Below, piece by piece: positions 51,428 through 52,756 of a stretch of DNA of 52,756 bases. The position numbers were made by a program, and so were the translations under genes. The stretch's first letter is position 1. Each line of letters starts with the position of its first letter. The notes beneath the pieces were generated by a model. That model saw only the letters and a program-made list of their open reading frames with translations. It made no database searches and was not told the origin of the DNA. The stretch is from a virus, in the IMG/VR virus record IMGVR_UViG_3300009983_000001, positions 1 to 52,756 of that record, one strand, 5' to 3'.

Positions 51428-52057
51428 TCACCCGTTATCGCCGTATCTGTTGAGCATCAAGCTTAAATGCTCGTCCAACACTACCGGTACCGTTTTACCC
51501 TCTGCGGCTTTCAGCGCACACCATCGGTCGCCCAATAATAACCAAGGTATGTCCCCGAGCGCTTCCTCGTTGAATACCGGAAACGGCGGCGCGTTACCGT
51601 GCGATTCTTTTAAATACAACTGTTGCCGTGGCTTGTTGTTGAACGTGAACCAAAGGTCGTGTTCGACCCCATTAACATCCTTTATGGAGCTGGCGCTGAA
51701 ATAGCGCTCGCCGTAGATCATGCGAAATTTGTTTGCTTGCACGCTTTCAGGTGCGGGCGGCGCTTCCTCCCATGTGTCGATGAATGTTTGCACCGCAACA
51801 TGGAAACGTTCCAACGTTGCAGCGTCCCAATGCTTAGGACGCCAAACGTTGCGCGGTGCGTAAGGCACTAAATCCGCATTGAATGGATTTTTAGCGCCTT
51901 GGCCTTTGTAGACGGTTAAGCATTCCAAGCACGCACCCGTCGCAACGTAGCGCGGTGCAAGGTGCCCTCGCTTGCAAGGGTTGCCGGTGTAGAACGTTTT
52001 GTAACCCTTGGCGTAGGCGTCGGCTCTCGTAACGATAACTGGTAGTGGCTTAGGCAT
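51428..52057 (-). CDS. Hypothetical protein with N-terminal zinc-ribbon-like motif
   Basis: 209 aa with GNPCKRGHLAPRYVATGACLECL. Confidence 0.6.
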   Translation of the reverse strand: MPKPLPVIVTRADAYAKGYKTFYTGNPCKRGHLAPRYVATGACLECLTVYKGQGAKNPFNADLVPYAPRNVWRPKHWDAATLERFHVAVQTFIDTWEEAPPAPESVQANKFRMIYGERYFSASSIKDVNGVEHDLWFTFNNKPRQQLYLKESHGNAPPFPVFNEEALGDIPWLLLGDRWCALKAAEGKTVPVVLDEHLSLMLNRYGDNG

Positions 52058-52063
52058 AACTCT

Positions 52064-52208
52064 ATGTCCCCGTCTTGACTTTGGGTCACTCTACGCTACC
52101 TCTCAATAAAAAGATAGATAAAGACAGTCAGTAAACTTTCTTACTGACTTCATCAATCTTTTTATGGCTCACCGGGGGTATAGGGTCAAAAGTCAAGACG
52201 GGGTCATA
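52064..52208. repeat. Long-range inverted repeat flanking an AT-rich core upstream of terS
   Basis: ccccgtcttgacttt (52068-52082) pairs with aaagtcaagacgggg (52189-52203), with 1-mismatch extensions. GGGTCA is repeated at 52083 and 52183. Confidence 0.8.
52126..52149. repeat. 9-bp-stem hairpin in the AT-rich core
   Basis: agtcagtaa-actttc-ttactgact. Confidence 0.75.
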
Positions 52209-52212
52209 ACTC

Positions 52213-52265
52213 TTGCACCTTGCAAAACGCTAGTTGCACCTTGCAAGCCGTAAACGCTAGTTGCA
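52213..52265 (+). repeat. Interleaved direct repeats ttgcaccttgcaa (x2) and aacgctagttgca (x2)
   Basis: ttgcaccttgcaa at 52213 and 52234; aacgctagttgca at 52226 and 52253. Confidence 0.8.
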
Positions 52266-52386
52266 AGCTTTGCGTTACGTGTGGGAATCGCACGTTGCGA
52301 ACGGTAGAGCGAGCGCTCTATCTATCTGACTGAATCTTAACGAGTTGTGTTGCACGCGGTGCTGTGGGTGCGCTAAGGTGTAGCTC

Positions 52387-52756
52387 ATGGAAAGCACAAG
52401 GCAACAACTTGCAACCCTAAACGCTGACGATGTGGATAACATCGAAGGGCCGACGCTGACCGCCAAGCAAGAGCGGTTCGCACAAGTGTGGGCGCGTACC
52501 GATAACCAATCGGCAGCCTATCGCGAGGTGTACGCCAAGCCCGATACGCTGCCTGCGACAATATGGGCCGAAGCTTCGCGCATTGCGAACTTACCCAAGG
52601 TCAAAGCCCGTTACCATGTGTTGCACGAGGAAGCCGCAAACGAGACATTGTTGTCGTTGCGTGAGGCGCTGCAATGGCAGATTGACATCGCTACCGCCGA
52701 CCCTAACGAGTTGGTGCGCGTTGTGGCTGACAATTGCCGCTACTGTCACGGCATCA
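52387..52756 (+). CDS. terS: Terminase small subunit, N-terminal part (runs off the window end and continues at 124-554)
   Basis: ATG at 52387 after the structured intergenic region. MESTRQQLATLN...KQERFAQVWARTDNQSAAYREVY resembles the terS N-terminal DNA-binding region. In frame with ORF 15-554 through the overlap. Confidence 0.7.
   Translation, partial: MESTRQQLATLNADDVDNIEGPTLTAKQERFAQVWARTDNQSAAYREVYAKPDTLPATIWAEASRIANLPKVKARYHVLHEEAANETLLSLREALQWQIDIATADPNELVRVVADNCRYCHGI
52634..52756. repeat. Right copy of the 123-nt terminal overlap
   Basis: Identical to 1-123. Implies a circular or circularly permuted unit of 52633 bp. Confidence 0.95.

Noticed and set aside
1-52756. Integrase, excisionase, CI/Cro-type repressors, partition genes, tRNA, rRNA or CRISPR arrays
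   Set aside because: I found no recognisable motifs or repeat-spacer structures on either strand by eye. Their absence should be confirmed with tRNAscan-SE, Infernal and HMM searches.

Overview
The window is a complete genome of about 52.6 kb from a tailed dsDNA phage with a contractile tail. Bases 1-123 are identical to 52634-52756, so the contig closes on itself, and the small-terminase ORF runs in frame across that junction. Modules: (i) + strand 52387->28390 via the junction: terS, terL, portal, a MuF/gp7-like head protein carrying a Nudix domain, a small moron cluster, scaffold/protease-like protein, major capsid flanked by two paralogous structural genes, head-tail connectors, sheath, tube, a tail chaperone with a canonical -1 frameshift site, a tape measure with a lytic transglycosylase domain, baseplate, three tail-fibre genes and a lysis cassette. 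(ii) - strand 28413-37725: UvrD-like helicase, a family-A DNA polymerase split into two genes by four tiny ORFs, an SSB-like gene whose DDDIPF acidic tip is out of frame, a Cas4/RecB-like nuclease and a DUF1643-like protein. (iii) + strand 37841-43271: SF2 helicase, VRR-NUC nuclease, a stand-alone TetR-type HTH and a prim-pol/SF3 helicase. (iv) - strand 43237-49967 and 50910-52057: about 30 small early genes including an HNH nuclease and a run of tiny membrane proteins, plus one + strand gene at 50195-50845. I saw no integrase, tRNA, rRNA or CRISPR array. The most notable points are the virion-protein-embedded Nudix domain, a prfB-like CTT_TGA site in front of the SSB acidic tip, the split polymerase, a 16-nt palindrome CTGACG-N4-CGTCAG present in 9 perfect copies that marks the early promoters, and a repeat-rich region upstream of terS. 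Family names (DUF numbers and similar) come from motif recollection only and need HMM or structure searches.
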